NCBI RefSeq assembly: GCF_963921235.1
Contig: NC_086109.1
Location: 32,056,001 to 32,120,000, forward strand
From: Mobula hypostoma
Lineage: Eukaryota
Length of the DNA: 64,000 nt
Direction: 5' to 3'
Below the pieces are notes generated by a model. The model was not told the DNA's origin and searched no databases. It worked only from the letters and a program-made list of their open reading frames with translations. How positions within the stretch are numbered: position 1 is the stretch's first letter; each line of letters opens with the position of its first letter. Made by a program: the position numbers and the translations under genes. Positions 1-13,469 of the stretch are shown in pieces.

Positions 1-131
1 TTCACCTAATAAATACTAATGTTTTAAGTTAATCTAAGTGAAGTAATCTAAGCTATTACTTCTTATTATAAAAATAAAGTTTTAGTTTTATAAATTTATT
101 TCAACTATTTCCAAGTTTCTCTGTTCTTCAG

Positions 132-259
132 ATATAGTCAACTGCATGATCACCTCACAGGTCATTGGGTTAGGTCCACTGCCCAAGACCTAGCGAGCCA
201 CTTCTTACAGATCCTACCATCTCACGGAGGCATTAAAACAGCCTCCATGATATTGACAG
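132..259 (+). other. Candidate internal exon of an unidentified host gene
   Basis: Pyrimidine-rich acceptor (tttctctgttcttcag) ends at 131 and a strong donor CAG|GTATGT lies at 259/260. One frame is open throughout (YSQLHDHLTGHWVRSTAQDLASHFLQILPSHGGIKTASMILT). I do not recognise the peptide. Confidence 0.3.
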
Positions 260-1288
260 GTATGTGCCTGCAATAAAATTGTATAGGTGGAAGGATCCTA
301 TGGGAGGCTGAAACCAAGGTGTGAGGCAGGTACAGTATATCCAACCCTATGCCACAAAATGGAAATTTGTTTGGCTTGACCTAAGTTTACACGTGCACAT
401 AATAGCCTTAATTTTACTCACAAATCAAACAGCTAGCAGGTTTATTTAGGCTCACATCATCTGAATTGCAGTGTTAATTAGATGGACAAGTCAGTATTGA
501 TCTTGCTTATTTATGCGAGTTACTGAATCTGTGAACTCCAAGCTGTCATTCATTGTCAAGGTCTTACAACATGAACAAAGATTACTTTCATTCAATATTG
601 ATTAATAGCTGTTCCAAATTGAATTAAACCATGAGATATCCATTCTCTAGCCACTGTTGTAAGATTAGCCAATACTCCTGCGCGCTCTCATTGACCATCA
701 CAAATGGCAACATCTAAGGAGCACTGGTAAGGAATATTCTCCCTTACATCTCCTTTCTCAGAACAAATCAACCATTTCATTTGCAATAGGGAACAATCTT
801 AACTCTCTTTGTTTTAAGGGTGTAAGTGAGGGAAGATAATTTTCTTCCACAGAAAATTAGCATTGGAGAAGGAACTGAATCTTACTGGATTAACTTTACA
901 GCTGCCCAACAGACTAAGTGGCTGAAGTTTGAAGTCTTGAGTTCAGAAGATGCCAACCTTGTGGCCAATTTGAAATTGGGTTATTCATTTATTCAGGCAT
1001 TTAGGGCAATGAACAGATAATGGGGCCTCTCTATATACGAGTGAGAACCTTAACAGCTGTTTTGGACCCTACAAAGAAATTAAACAGGAGTCAGTCTTCA
1101 ATTTTTGCAGTCTTTTAAATGAATCATTACTGACCATATCAGCTTAAAGAAAAGCCTGCCTCACAATTTCACCTCTCATATTTCCAAATTCCAAAAAATA
1201 AGAAATCATTCAGAACAAAGCTACTAGCATTAAGTTGGAAATACAAATGCTGATTTGTACACAGACAGCAAAATGATAACTATCAAGT

Positions 1289-1691
1289 ATAGAAACATAG
1301 AAACATAGAAAATAGGTGCAGGAGTAGGCCATTCGGCCCTTTGAGCCTGCACCGCCATTCAGTATGATCACAGCTGATCATCCAACTCAGAACCCTGTAC
1401 CTGCCTTCTCTCCATACCCCTGATCCCTTTAGCCACAAGGGCCATATCTAACTCCCTCTTAAATATAGCCAATGAACTGGCCACAACTGTTTCCTGCGGC
1501 AGAGAATTCCACAGATTCACCACTCTCTGTGTGAAGAAGTTTTTCCTAATCTCGGTCCTAAAAGGCTTCCCCTTTATCCTCAAACTGTGACCCCTCGTTC
1601 TGGACTTCCCCAACGTCGGGAACAATCTTCCTGCATCTAGCCTGTCCAAACCCTTTAGGATTTTATACGTTTCAATACGATCCCCCCTCAT
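1289..1691 (-). mobile_element. Young CR1 LINE, 5'-truncated 3' end
   Basis: ORF 1368-1691 (RGD.IETYKILKGLDRLDAG..RTRGHSLRI...FFTQRVVNLWNSLP) is the CR1 ORF2 C-terminus. The (catagaaa)n tail is at 1289-1312. Nearly identical to 58640-59043. Confidence 0.95.
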
Positions 1692-3469
1692 TAAAATGAG
1701 TTTTTAATACCATTAATTGAGGGATGAAAACAATGAGACTAACTATCCCACCAGTATTCAAAGTACTCCATAAGATCTTTTAAATCCTTCTGAAAACACA
1801 GACCAGGACTTGATTTAATGATTTAAGAGAACAGTAGCATCTCTAACAATACAGATCTTCTCAGTGCTCAGAACTGAGCTGTAGCTTGATCGCTTTTGTG
1901 CCACAATCCCGTGAGCAAGATTCTCTGACCCAGAAGTGAAATGCAATCAATTGAGCCAAACCATACACTTAAATTCCACACAATCACTTCTCATAACCCC
2001 CTGAGCCCCAGAATCAGCCAAATAAATCTTTTGTATACAATCTGAAAAACAAGTATTCCTTCAGCATTCTTTCTTCCTTAAGCAAGAAAATCCCTAACAT
2101 GTATTGTTTTCCAGGTTATGTATTGTCAAAGCCATAAATAATTGCAGCAAACTTTTATTATGCTAGCATTCCAACTAATATACTGATAAAATATTTGCCT
2201 TCTTACTTTTTCCCAAGATATGCAAATCTATAATACTCATATTTCTCTGGCTATCAATATCTACTGATCTCACATTTCTGCTTTTCCATTCTTATATTCC
2301 TATGGATGACCTCCATGCCTGATTAATTAATACATCTATGTCCCTTCACAGCCCCTCAAAACTCACATTCATACTTAGGGAAACTTGACTATTATACCAA
2401 ATTTCCTCCTCTGTGAGACCCAATAAAGCTCAAAAAGGTAAAGCCAAATTTATGATTGATGTCTAAGTTTGCAGTGTGCAGGACATGTCTAGGCGTGCCC
2501 TGGGAGGGAAATAGCAGCCAGGTATTTCATACTCTCCTGGCCCAATGAGTGCCAAGGAAACGTGGGAGATTAGGGTTTAAAGGGCACACAGTTGCACCAA
2601 AGGTGAGACCAAAGCATAAAACAGAAGGGAAGCACATAGAGCTCTAATTTTTTTTTTAAATGACAGTAAATATTTTTTATAGATGCAGAATATTTATTGG
2701 CAAGATATGCGAATACATTGGAGAATAAGTGGCAGAACGTTTCCAGAAAGGTAGACAAAGTCAACATTCATGAAAGCCAATTATCTAATTATGAAAGAAC
2801 TACAGCTCCTGGCAGGCTAAACATTGTGACAGGTAATACTTAAAGGAATATTTGGAATAAGTTTTTTTTACACTGACAAAGGGTTGTCCAACGCAATCTT
2901 TTTTCCTGCAACCAATCTATGCTTCTACAACCACCCCCTTGGCCTTCTGTTCCATCTCCTCTAAGCAAGCAACCTTGAACAGCAAAATTACAAAGGATGT
3001 ACCATGTCACTATTTTACAAGCAATTGTGAATTGGATAGCATTGCTCAACTTAACTATATACCTTCAGAATAGCAATTGTTTGTTGAATAAAAATTCTAG
3101 TCATTACATTAGTGCTCTTTAAAGGTGCCTACTGTGTGAAATCAAGGTAATTTTTCTCTGGTAAAAGAACATTGCAACTGTAATGTTCGAATTATGTTCG
3201 AAGTGAAAGAATTATGAGTCCTTTGTATAGTGAGCAACAAGTATGCTATAACATTGCCTAGAAATTAGATTTTGTCTTATAGGAGTGGCTAAGTGGAGCC
3301 ATGTTTTACCCTCATAGTAAATGTTTTACCCCAATAGTAAATGAGAAATCACCCTAAAAAGTTGCAGAACTGGAACATCCTCACCTTAAGAAACTATCAT
3401 CATGGCTTGCTCTCACTAAGAAATGCCAAAACTTCAGACATGGCTCATTTCCAGTCAGACAGCAACGTC

Positions 3470-4345
3470 ATTCAAAGATTCATTTATGATCAAAGCATGT
3501 ATCCATATTCAACCCTGAAATTTGTATTCTCGAGATAGCCACAAAACAAGGCCCACCCTCATATAAAAAAGGACAGCTTCTTGATCATCAACCCCCCCCC
3601 CCGAAAACCCCTCTCCCCCACACAAAACTGAACAGGAACACTGATTCCTCCCCCCCCAAAAAAACAACCCCTTCCTGCACAAAAACTAACAGAACACAGC
3701 AGAACATCAACCCCCAAGCACCCTCTCCCCACACAACAGAATACTAAAGGAACAGGCAATTTAAAAAAAACAGAACATAAAAACCACGTCTGAAAAAGTC
3801 CACAGTCTATAAACACTATAAATGCAGAACCATGATACCATGCTACAATATGACCAGCATTCATCAAAAGAGAGGGATACCCCGTGATCACAGAGGCATA
3901 CCTATCTGTCACAGTGAGCCACACAGCAATAGGCCGCTCACTGCTAATCCAACAGCAGTCAAGAGGCAGGCAGTTGGCACTGAAACTCTCGCTTGCCTTC
4001 CTCATTTGCCTCGATGTCTCAGTTTTCCTCAGTGCTTTAATCAGTCATTAATGTACGCTTTTAATGGCGAAGTGGGGTCGAGCATTGGCTCACGCTCTGT
4101 CTCGAAGTTTCTTCGCAACCAAACCGTCCGAGTACGTGCTCACTTCCTGGAATCTTCTCAGAGACAGCAACTTGCTGGATCGCTCAGATCATCTCCAAAC
4201 AATAAATCACAGGCTGTAGCAGTCCCTGAAACACACTTAACATGAAAAATAGACATCAAAGAGGTCAAAAAGATATTTTTGTGAGCTATTTGGAAGATGT
4301 TGACCAAGAGAACATTGTACGCTGGTGCCATCTTGACCAGAAAAG
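3470..4345 (-). mobile_element. Non-autonomous retroelement with Rex1/Babar-like 3' tail
   Basis: The minus-strand 5' end reads ttttctggtcAAGATGGCacc. The 3' end (ttcaaagattcatttatgatcaaag..caaccctgaaatt on +) resembles the tails at 4427-4500 and 14255-14325. No coherent coding frame. Confidence 0.5.
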
Positions 4346-4426
4346 GCAGAGGAAATGGATCAGTATTAACATCCTTAACCACAGATCATTAAATCCCTGT
4401 GATTAGGAACAATATTGGGACACAGT

Positions 4427-5672
4427 TCAAAGTTTAAAGTAAAATTATTATCAAAGTACACATATGTCACCATATACAACCCTAAGACTCATTTTCTTGT
4501 GGGCATTCACAATAAATACGAATAAATACAATAGAATGAATTAAAAACTATACATACCATGCACAGGTAAATGACCAGTGTGCAAATGACAACAAACAGT
4601 TCAAATACAAAATGAAAAAACAAAATAATAATAATAAATAAGCAATAAATATTGAGAACATTAGCTGTAGAGTCCTTGAAAATGACTCCATAGGTTGTGG
4701 AATCAGTTCAGTGTTGGGGTAAGGCAATTATCCCCTCTGGTTCAAAAGCATGATGATTGACGGGTAATAATTGTTCCTGAAACTGGTGGTGCAGGACCTA
4801 TTCGTATTGATTGTGAATGCCCACAAGAAAATGAATGTTAGGGTTGTGTATGGTGACATATATGTACTTTGATAATAATTTTACATTCTTCCTGATGACA
4901 GCAGCGAGAAGGGAAGATGGCCTGGATTGTAGGAGTCCTTGATGATGGATGCTGCTTTCCTGCGATAGCACTCCTTGTAGATCTGCTCTGAGGTGAAGAG
5001 TGCTTTTCATATGATGCACTGGCTATATCCACTACTTTTTGTAGTCTTTTCCATTCAAGGGCATTGATGCTTCCAAACCACATCATGGTGTAACCAGTCA
5101 ATATACTCTCCACCATGCTTCTATTGAAGTTTGTTAAAGTTTTAGATGACATGCCAAAACTTCGCAAACACCTAAGGAAGTGGAGGTGCTGCCACGCCTT
5201 CCTTGTAATGGCGGCTATGTGCTGGACCCAGGTCAGATTCTCTCAAATGATAACACCGAGTACTGTAATTTAAAGTTGCTGACCCTCTCCACCTCCGATC
5301 CCCTGATGAGGTCTGGCCCATAGACCTCCAGTTTCCTCCTCCATAAGCCAATAATCAGTTCTTTGGTTTTGCTGACATTGAGTGAGAGGTTGTTGTTGTG
5401 GTCCACATTTTCAATTTCCCTCGTGTATGCTGATTCATCACCACCTTTGATTCAGCCTATGACAATGGTGTCATTGGTAATATGGCATTGGAGCTGTACT
5501 TAGCCTCATAGTCAGAAGTATAAACTAAGTAGAGCAGGGGGCTAAGTTCACAGCCTTGTGGTACACCTGTGTTGATGGTGATTGTGGAGGAGAAGCTGTT
5601 GCCAATCTGAACTGACTGGGGTCTGCAAATGCAAGTGCACAAGGAGGTATTGAGGCCTAGGTCTTGGAGTTC
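4427..5672 (-). mobile_element. Rex1/Babar-type LINE, decayed 3' part (RT C-terminus plus tail)
   Basis: Minus ORFs include [19 protein letters not shown] and FGMSSKTLTNFNRSMVESILTG...WFGS...KRLQKVV, which are characteristic Rex1/Babar RT C-terminal motifs. A (tttgaac)-type tail is at ~4427-4440. Confidence 0.85.
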
Positions 5673-7684
5673 AGGATCTTGTGAACTGTGGTCATAAGTT
5701 TATAGCTTTGATTTATACCAAGTGCTGTCAGCAATTAGTTTAATGAATAAAAATTACAGGGTGTATATAAAAGTATACATATAAATGTTATTAAATATCT
5801 ACTAACAGGTAGGGATGAAACTGGATGAATATCAGTGATCCAAACTACTTCCTTCTAAAGTTTCATTTAGAATTTATTTAGTAAAAGAAATTCCAGAATC
5901 TTTTCTGCTTCTCTATCTGTTGATGCATTGCAATTTTGAACTATTGGACAAGGCAGAGTGGTAATTAGTGCAAAACTTACAACACACTTGTGGTGGATGC
6001 CTTATGCCTCCTCATTTCTTGTTCAGAAGAGAATCGATAAAGGTGACTCATTAAAAAATAAACAAATCCATTCACTGTTGAAAATCAAGCTCAGAGCAAT
6101 TAGACAAAAATCATTGTCGCATTAATTTAGGAGGTTCACTGAAGGACTGTCTAAGTAACTACAGGCAGCTAATGGCATTGCATGCATCACATATTTTTGC
6201 ATTATTAGCAATGAGTGGACCACAGATGGAAACAACAGGAATCCATTCAGCTCACAGCGTAGCAGTGTTTAAATTCTATTTACACACAGTGGGTAGATCA
6301 GCAGTGGTGTGTCTAATTCCTGACCTTACTTCTGGAAGAGATTGTATATGAACATTGTTAGAACAATGGTGTGCTGGAATGACTTGGGGCCCCATACTTT
6401 TAACTAACATAGATAGTAAAATGGAGGAAAATCCATCTACACCAGTCCACAACAACAATCAATCTGCTGGAAGAACTTTGAAGGTTGAAAAGTGTGCGTG
6501 TGTGTGCAGGGTGGGGATTGATATTGATGTCTGGTGCACAGTCTGCTGAGTTCATCTAACAGATTCCAGCATCTGTAATCTATTGTGTCTCTACCTGACC
6601 AAATCGGAAAACAGTGGTTGGTTTTCATGAACTACTTTACGGTAGTTCGAAATTGTAAAGAAGAAAGGTAAATTTTACATCATTTTTAACATGCTTTTCA
6701 AACTTAATTGTCACAAGCATCTTACTTACATTATAATTCACCATTTTTGTGACCTTATTTGGGTTTGTCCTTGCAGCACTAATGGCAGGAGTGATGAAGC
6801 TCATGGGGGAGCACAAGCCAGTTAAAGGAAAATGAGAGAATTGAGAGACAAAGCTCAAAACCTCAATACATTTTAACGATCAAAAAAAAATAACTATTTG
6901 TAGTTTTAACAAAGCCTGAAGGAGAGGGAGTCCAGAAGCAACAAACAGATGTAAAAGAGCAGGAACCTTGTGCACCATCGTTAATCTACAGGCTCAATGC
7001 TCAACTCTGTGGCTGGGTGCTAAGATGCAGGCAGCATTACATGAGGTGGTTTGTGAAGAGGCATGACTGCACCATTCCCTTAGAGAATTCTAACATAGAA
7101 ATTGAATCAGATTTCAGGTAAAGCAAATTAATGCTGGCTACATCAGCATTATGATGCACATTATAGGCATCTACTGTTGCAACAGATGGCAGTACTTGGC
7201 ATCTTCTCTGTTGATCTCGTGGGCTTTGACAGCAAGTGAGGTAGTGCTGCTAAAATGTTGGTGGCATCTTGCAGGTGTGGGTAATAAGGCTATTTTACAC
7301 TGGGGGGAGCCCTCTCAGTCGTGCAGTATCACATTAGTCCATCATTATTGCATCTGTGCCACCCAGCCAGTTGTTGAAATATACCTTGAAGATTGAAGGC
7401 GGGACCACACACACAAGCTGCCTGCCACGTCAAAATAGAATTTAAATTCTGTAGAATTCCACTGTGTCCACCTGTGGCTCACTCACTACTAATAATGCCA
7501 GCATACAAGAGACATAAAACTCTTGTAGGTAGCTTGCAATAGATACTGGAAAGGGTCTTTATAGTTACTGCAGCATTTTACTTATTCTAATAAAGTTTTT
7601 GCTTCTGATTCCTAAAAAGACTTTTTCCTCCTCTTTCTTCAAAGTTTTTCTCGTCAAATCCTCCACTGGGGTGGAGTGGGGGGT

Positions 7685-7895
7685 GTGGTTGGTGAGTAGC
7701 ATAATGCTAATATAGCGCCAGAGACCTGGGTTCTTTTCTACCACTATCTATAAGGGGCTTGTACGTTCTCTCCATGACCACGTGGGTTTCCTCTCACGTT
7801 CTAAACATGTATGGGTTAGTAGGTTCAATAGCCAAGTGGATGTAATTGGACTGTGTGAGCTAAAATTACTATGCTGCATCGGAATACAATAAAAA
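7685..7895 (+). mobile_element. V-domain (HE1-like) tRNA-derived SINE, decayed
   Basis: Contains gtacgttctctccatgaccacgtgggtttcctc, matching the V-SINE core. The tail is shared with 11750-11870 and 13155-13400. Confidence 0.65.
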
Positions 7896-7927
7896 CTTAT
7901 TAATCTTCTGTTTATTTCTGTCTATAG

Positions 7928-8018
7928 GCAAAGGTGTGCCAGAAGATCATCACAAAACTCCTCAAGTAACTCCTTTCTGTCTTCCATATCTTCACTGGAC
8001 TTTGTTCTCCATTTCTAG
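7928..8018 (+). other. Weak candidate exon
   Basis: Acceptor tttatttctgtctatag and possible donor AG|gtattt. The open frame GKGVPEDHHKTPQVTPFCLPYLHWTLFSIS is phase-compatible with the 132-259 candidate. Peptide not recognised. Confidence 0.15.
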
Positions 8019-8180
8019 GTATTTGTCTATATAGGACACAACAGAAAAGCATACTATTGGACATTCAACTGGAGCTTCACCACAAAAGAACAACTGAGCA
8101 ATTATGCCTCAAGAGAGTGTAAAATTATATGGTTTACAACAGGATAGGTTGCGTCCATTGCAAATCAGAGTATGTAGATT

Positions 8181-8315
8181 TGTAGTCCTGCCAAAGGGTC
8201 TCAGACCGGAACATCGACTGTACTGTTTTCCATAGATGCTGCCTAGCCTGCTGAGTTCCTCCGGTATTTTGTGTGCTGCTTGAATTTACAGCATCTGCAG
8301 ATTTTCTCTTGTTTA
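8181..8315 (+). mobile_element. Penelope-like terminal repeat fragment with degenerate hammerhead
   Basis: tagtcctgccaaagggtctcagaccggaacatcgactg..gatgctgcctagcctgctgagttcctcc is homologous to 24363-24460. Confidence 0.75.
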
Positions 8316-10502
8316 TGTATTGCTCTGTTTTTTATCTAATTTGACCACCCCATAGATACTACCACTGAGAGTAAAGGTAACATTAAGGGCAGTGTGTATC
8401 ATGTGATATGACCTTTGGTACATTATTATAACAGGCGTTGCTATTAGTTAAGAGTTACTATCTCCAACAAAAATAAATGTTGTTACCTTCATTTGTTATG
8501 TGCCATGTTGTATGACATAGGCAACTGTGGTTTTTCTATGACCATGATTGTTCTTGGCAAATTGCCTACTGAAGTAGGTTGCCATTGCCTTTTTTTTGGC
8601 TGTGTCTACAAGATGGGTGACCTCAGCTATTACCAATACTCTTCAGAGATTGTCTACCTGGTGTCAGTGGTCACATAACCAGGATTTGTGATGTGCATCA
8701 ACAGCTCAATGAAGATCCACCACCAGCTCCCATGGCTTCACATGACCTTCATCAGGGTGTTAAGCAGGTGCTGCACCTTGCCCAAGGGTGACCTGAAGGC
8801 TGGTGGAGGGAAGGAGCACCTTGCACCTCTTTTGTAGAGATATATCTCCACCCCAGCCACCGTGTTGTTACAGTACTCCTGTTAATTGCATTTTAAGAAA
8901 GCAACACAGATAAGCTTACAGTCACCACAACTCTCAAGTCCAAATCAAAACCCAAGCCTTGCTGCTTATTCATACATCTCTCACTAAATCCCAGAAATCT
9001 GGACCTAAATTTACCCAGGTATTTCATTTCCTTCCAACATGCAAGGTCCAATCAGTGGTGCATTTCATGCATGCTGGGCTGAAACTCTTCTTTTTTCCTT
9101 TGCCTAACATTCATGACCACATTATTTTGTTTAGACATGTGTAACTTAAATACTATATTTTTATTAAGGACTTAGGAGTATTGAGATAAGAGTGGAGAAT
9201 CTGGTTCTGACTAATTGTGAACATTTTTTGAAAAACAAAGACATTCCTGTTTTCTAGTCCGGCATGTACAGTAAATCTTACAGACTGAATTATTTCTTGG
9301 TCTCTAATGGAATATTATCAATATCATAAGGGGCAGTAAGATTGATAGCATCCAGATCTCAGATCATGTTCCTTTTCAGATGATAGCTGAATGTCTTGGT
9401 TTACCCACAAGCAGAAATATGACATTTAATTACCTTGACAATGCAAGATAGAATATTTAAAGAATTCATAGGATAACATGTTGTATCATTTACTTAGATC
9501 AATGTAGTAGAGGTATGTTTTAAGTAGATGCTGAGTTATTCTTTTTGTTATATACTGTATATTTGTAGCTAGCTTATACAGAATAATATAGTTTCCTTTG
9601 CAACTCAGATCACTGATTGCATACACAGGGATGTGTGTAACTGTGTACTACAAATTATCATAGATAACACGAGACCTGTTGGGGTTAATACAGTCGTTGC
9701 AACAGAATGGTATTATTCAGCGTCCATACTTAAACCAGCGGGTTAAGGGTAAATTTAAGGATTATGGATAATTCAAATTAATTCCATGGATTTAGTATCA
9801 ATAGTATGGTGGTATTCTTGTTACTGTGCTAGGTTTTATACTAAAAAAAATGAAATTAGTCACTGGATTTGCATATCTTCGGTTGATATGATGGGACTTA
9901 AGTTCATATCTCTGCATCGATTATCCAGAACTGTGGCAATTGTCCTGTAATATGACCACTCACCACACTAATATTTATATTTGTCTATTACAAAGGGATA
10001 TTTCAAAATAGTTTGAGAAACAAAATGTAAGCACATTTTTACCCCGCTGGAGAATGCCCCATCTATATGCCTGTATCACCTCAATACACTTGTAGATCTG
10101 TTGGTGAGCCAACATTTGAAAACTATCATGGTATAGTTTGAAATGACTGATGGAATACAGAGCTTTAAAACAAATCTCCTCAACTTTTGCACTTTCTCTC
10201 AGAGTTGTGCCATCTCCTGGATGCAGTTCTGGCTAAACTGTTCTAATATAATTAAAATACCGTTGCATATCCAACAGATCTGAAAATTGCCTTAATTTTG
10301 TCCAATATCAAATTAGCTCATATCCAATTCCACTAATTACTGTCTACTTTCCTTCATCAGCAAGGCAATAGAATTAACATTGCCATCAAATAACACCCAC
10401 TCAGCAATAACTGGGTCACAATGCTAAGCTTGGCTTTTGCTAGGATGATTCGTTTCCAGTCTCATCACAAACATAATCCAAACTTGGCTGGTTAGGCTTG
10501 CA

Positions 10503-10504
<2 letters not shown>

Positions 10505-10556
<52 letters not shown>
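10505..10556. repeat. (AT)n microsatellite, about 26 units
   Basis: Read directly from the sequence. Confidence 0.98.
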
Positions 10557-10560
<4 letters not shown>

Positions 10561-11627
10561 CATTTCAGTACAGATATACTGTAGTGAAATGCTTCTCTGC
10601 CCTTTCAATAAGAAAACAGATCATCTGCAGCTTTAGGACGAACTTCAATACATTATTTACCCAGTGCACATAACTTAAGGGCAGTTGTACATTCAGCCTT
10701 TGTTGTTATTATTGACAGAGTTTATCGAATATCTTTGTTGAAAAATCATATCCTAAAGTGAAAAACAATACTCCATAGGATCAGTCCAGTTGGTATACAC
10801 TTATCAATATCAATTTTTAATGAAATGATAGATGATCTCAAAGATTACAAATATTCAATAGTTACTTCAAAAGATATTGAGCAGGAGTTTGAATGAGCAG
10901 CAACATATGAATGCAAATCATAACTCATTTTCACTTTGGGCCAGCAAAAAATCATTTCTCCAAAATTGAATTCAGCTCTGTAATTGATGGTCAAAAGTTT
11001 AAAATGCAAAGTGTCAATTCATTTTTCTTCTTACTGACATGTAAATAAATTAAATATTGATTTTAGTGAGGACGTTGCTATACATTAGGAATTGTGGAAT
11101 TAATTCATACTATCCAGCTTTTACTTCATTCTGCGTTGTCCATGAGATAGTTTGGTGAAGATTTGCCTCAAATTCTTATTTTCCAATAAAAATGAAGCAA
11201 ACAAATGTTAACGTTTCTTGAATTATTACTCTGAGTAAATTGAGCAGATAAATGGGAATTAAGCACTAACTGAGGCAATTTGCATGGGACATCCAATGTA
11301 TTGGCTAACTGTTTAACAGCATTCCTTCCATCAAAATTGGTAATTCATTCCATCTTATGAATGAATTAGCAACATTCTAAGCCCAACAAGAGAGCCTCAT
11401 AAATCCCAACAACAGGAAAAATGAATCCCAACTTTTATTAATTGAAGCCCATATAAAAGTGTCCCAAGAAATATATGTAAAGCCAAAGAATGTCAGATTA
11501 AAGCTTGGTAAGGGAGGTAACCAAGTAAAGTGAGAATAAAGCTGAGATCTTTTTGGAGGAATCTCTAGTGCAATGGTTAACCACTTGAAGCTAAGGCACT
11601 ATTAACGTGATGGGAGGGACTGAACCA

Positions 11628-11676
11628 ATTTCCCCTGGGATCAATAAAGTATGACTATGACTATGACTATGACTAC
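11628..11676 (+). mobile_element. Extreme 3' tail of a Rex1-type LINE, ending in (TATGAC)n
   Basis: aatttcccctgggatcaataaagtatgactatgac... is the reverse complement of the tail at 39451-39495. Confidence 0.75.
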
Positions 11677-11749
11677 GAAAGATGTCCAGAGGGAAGAATC
11701 ACAGCTCTTGGATGTTTGAAAAAGATCAGAGATAGAGTTGACATGATAT

Positions 11750-11870
11750 GTGAGTTTCCTCCCATATTCCAAACATGTATGGGTTAGGAGGCTAATTGGC
11801 CAAATGGGTGTAATTGGGCAGTGTGGGCTCATTGGGCCAGAAGGCCCTGTTACCATGTTGTATCTCCAAA
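11750..11870 (+). mobile_element. V-SINE 3' fragment
   Basis: gtttcctcccatattccaaac..gggttagg..taattgggcagtgtgggctcattgggccagaaggccctgttacc followed by an A-rich end. Confidence 0.65.
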
Positions 11871-11974
11871 AAAAAAATCAGACTGTAAAAGCAGTATGAG
11901 ATGTTTCGATAAACTACCAACAAGTCAGGGTGAAATAGCATGGTAGTTTACACGTCTGAATCAGAAGGTTCAAC

Positions 11975-12370
11975 GCTTCAGCACGTCACAGTTCCTTCAG
12001 CCCATGACATCATGCCAGCCTTATAACCTACTCTAAGATCAATCTAACTCTTTCCTCCTACATATCCATCCGTTTTTCTATCAACCGTGTGCACATTTAA
12101 TGCCCTAAAGTATCTGCCTCTTCCACCACCCAAGGGAGGGCATTCCACACACTCAACACTGTCTGAGTAAAAAACTTACCTCTGACATCCCCCTTAAACT
12201 TGCCTCAAAACACCTTAAAAATTATGCCCACTGATGTTAGCTATTTCTGCCCTGGGAAAATATCTCTGGCTAACCAGTCAATTTATGTCTCTTATCATTT
12301 TGTATAGCTTTATAAAGTCATCTCTCGTCCTTCTTCACTCTGTAGAGAAAAACCCTTGCTCAATCAACTC
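11975..12370 (-). mobile_element. Old CR1 3' fragment
   Basis: gcattccacacactcaacactgtctgagtaaaaaacttacc is the reverse complement of the FFTQRVV..W motif. Confidence 0.7.
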
Positions 12371-13154
12371 ATAGGGTCAAGTTACATTCCTCAACACTCT
12401 GAGTACGTATGGCTAAAGTGGTGCTGTTCTATCAGACCTGCCACCTTTACGCTAGATGCTAAATTAAGCCACTGTTTTCTTTCTCAGACAAATGTTATGG
12501 TGCTATAATAAGGAACAAGGGTGCCTTGCTCAATATTTATACTTTAATCAACATTACTTAAAAATAGGTTTATCTAGCTATTATCATATTACTACATGCA
12601 ATTAGCATCATGTTTCCCAAATTGCAATGATGACAATGTTTCAAAAGATACTTCACCAATTATGAAGAGCTTTGGCTATCCTCAGAGTACTAAAGACCCC
12701 TTAAAGGTGCTGACATTTTTTTCTTAAAGCTCATGAAGAACATTCGTTATTCACTGGAAGCTCTTGACAGTCAGAAAGAATCAAAGCACAACAACAAAGC
12801 AGTACTGTCTACAAATCATATATTCTGCAATCCATCATCACTGCAGAAGTTATTTATGCAGGAATACCTGCTGCATTATAACTAATCTGTTCCACTTTGG
12901 TCCTTTTTTAATGTGAATGTAGCAAGTTTTGACAGTTTTGAGGCTAGGCAATAGTAGTGTTAATAATGAGAAAATACAACATAAATCTAACTTATTAGTG
13001 CCTGTAAAAATAGAGCTCAGCAGGTTCACACAGCCACCTCAGAAATAAAGTACTTAACAGTTATTTACACAGCCTTACTGTTGTGTTTCTTAATAGGTAT
13101 ATATGAACTACTTTTCCATTGTTCTTGGGAAAAGTTATTGTTATTCAATTTATT

Positions 13155-13400
13155 TAGAGATAAAGTATGGTAACAGGCTCTGCCAACCCAATGAGCCTGC
13201 ACCACCCAATTACACCCATGTGACCAATTAACCTACTAAACTAATAAGTCTTTGGAATGGGGGAGAAAACTAGAACACCTGGAGGAAATGCACATGGTCA
13301 TGGGAGAACTTGCAAACTCCTTATAGTCAGCAGCAGAAATGAATCTGGGTCGCTGGTGTTATAATGGCATTATGTTGACTATAACACTACCCTGCAGCCC
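13155..13400 (-). mobile_element. V-SINE, decayed
   Basis: Reverse-complement V core (gggagaaaactagaacacctggaggaaatgcacatggtcatgggagaacttgcaaactcc). Confidence 0.7.
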
Positions 13401-13469
13401 CTGCTCATTGGGAAGTCTTATAGAGCAGAAACTTTATTACATTGTGCTGAAAATGTTCACCTGTGGAGG

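Noticed and set aside
826..1020. 64-aa ORF as the exon following 132-259
   Set aside because: Both nearby acceptors give an almost immediate stop in the required phase, and the peptide is unrecognised.
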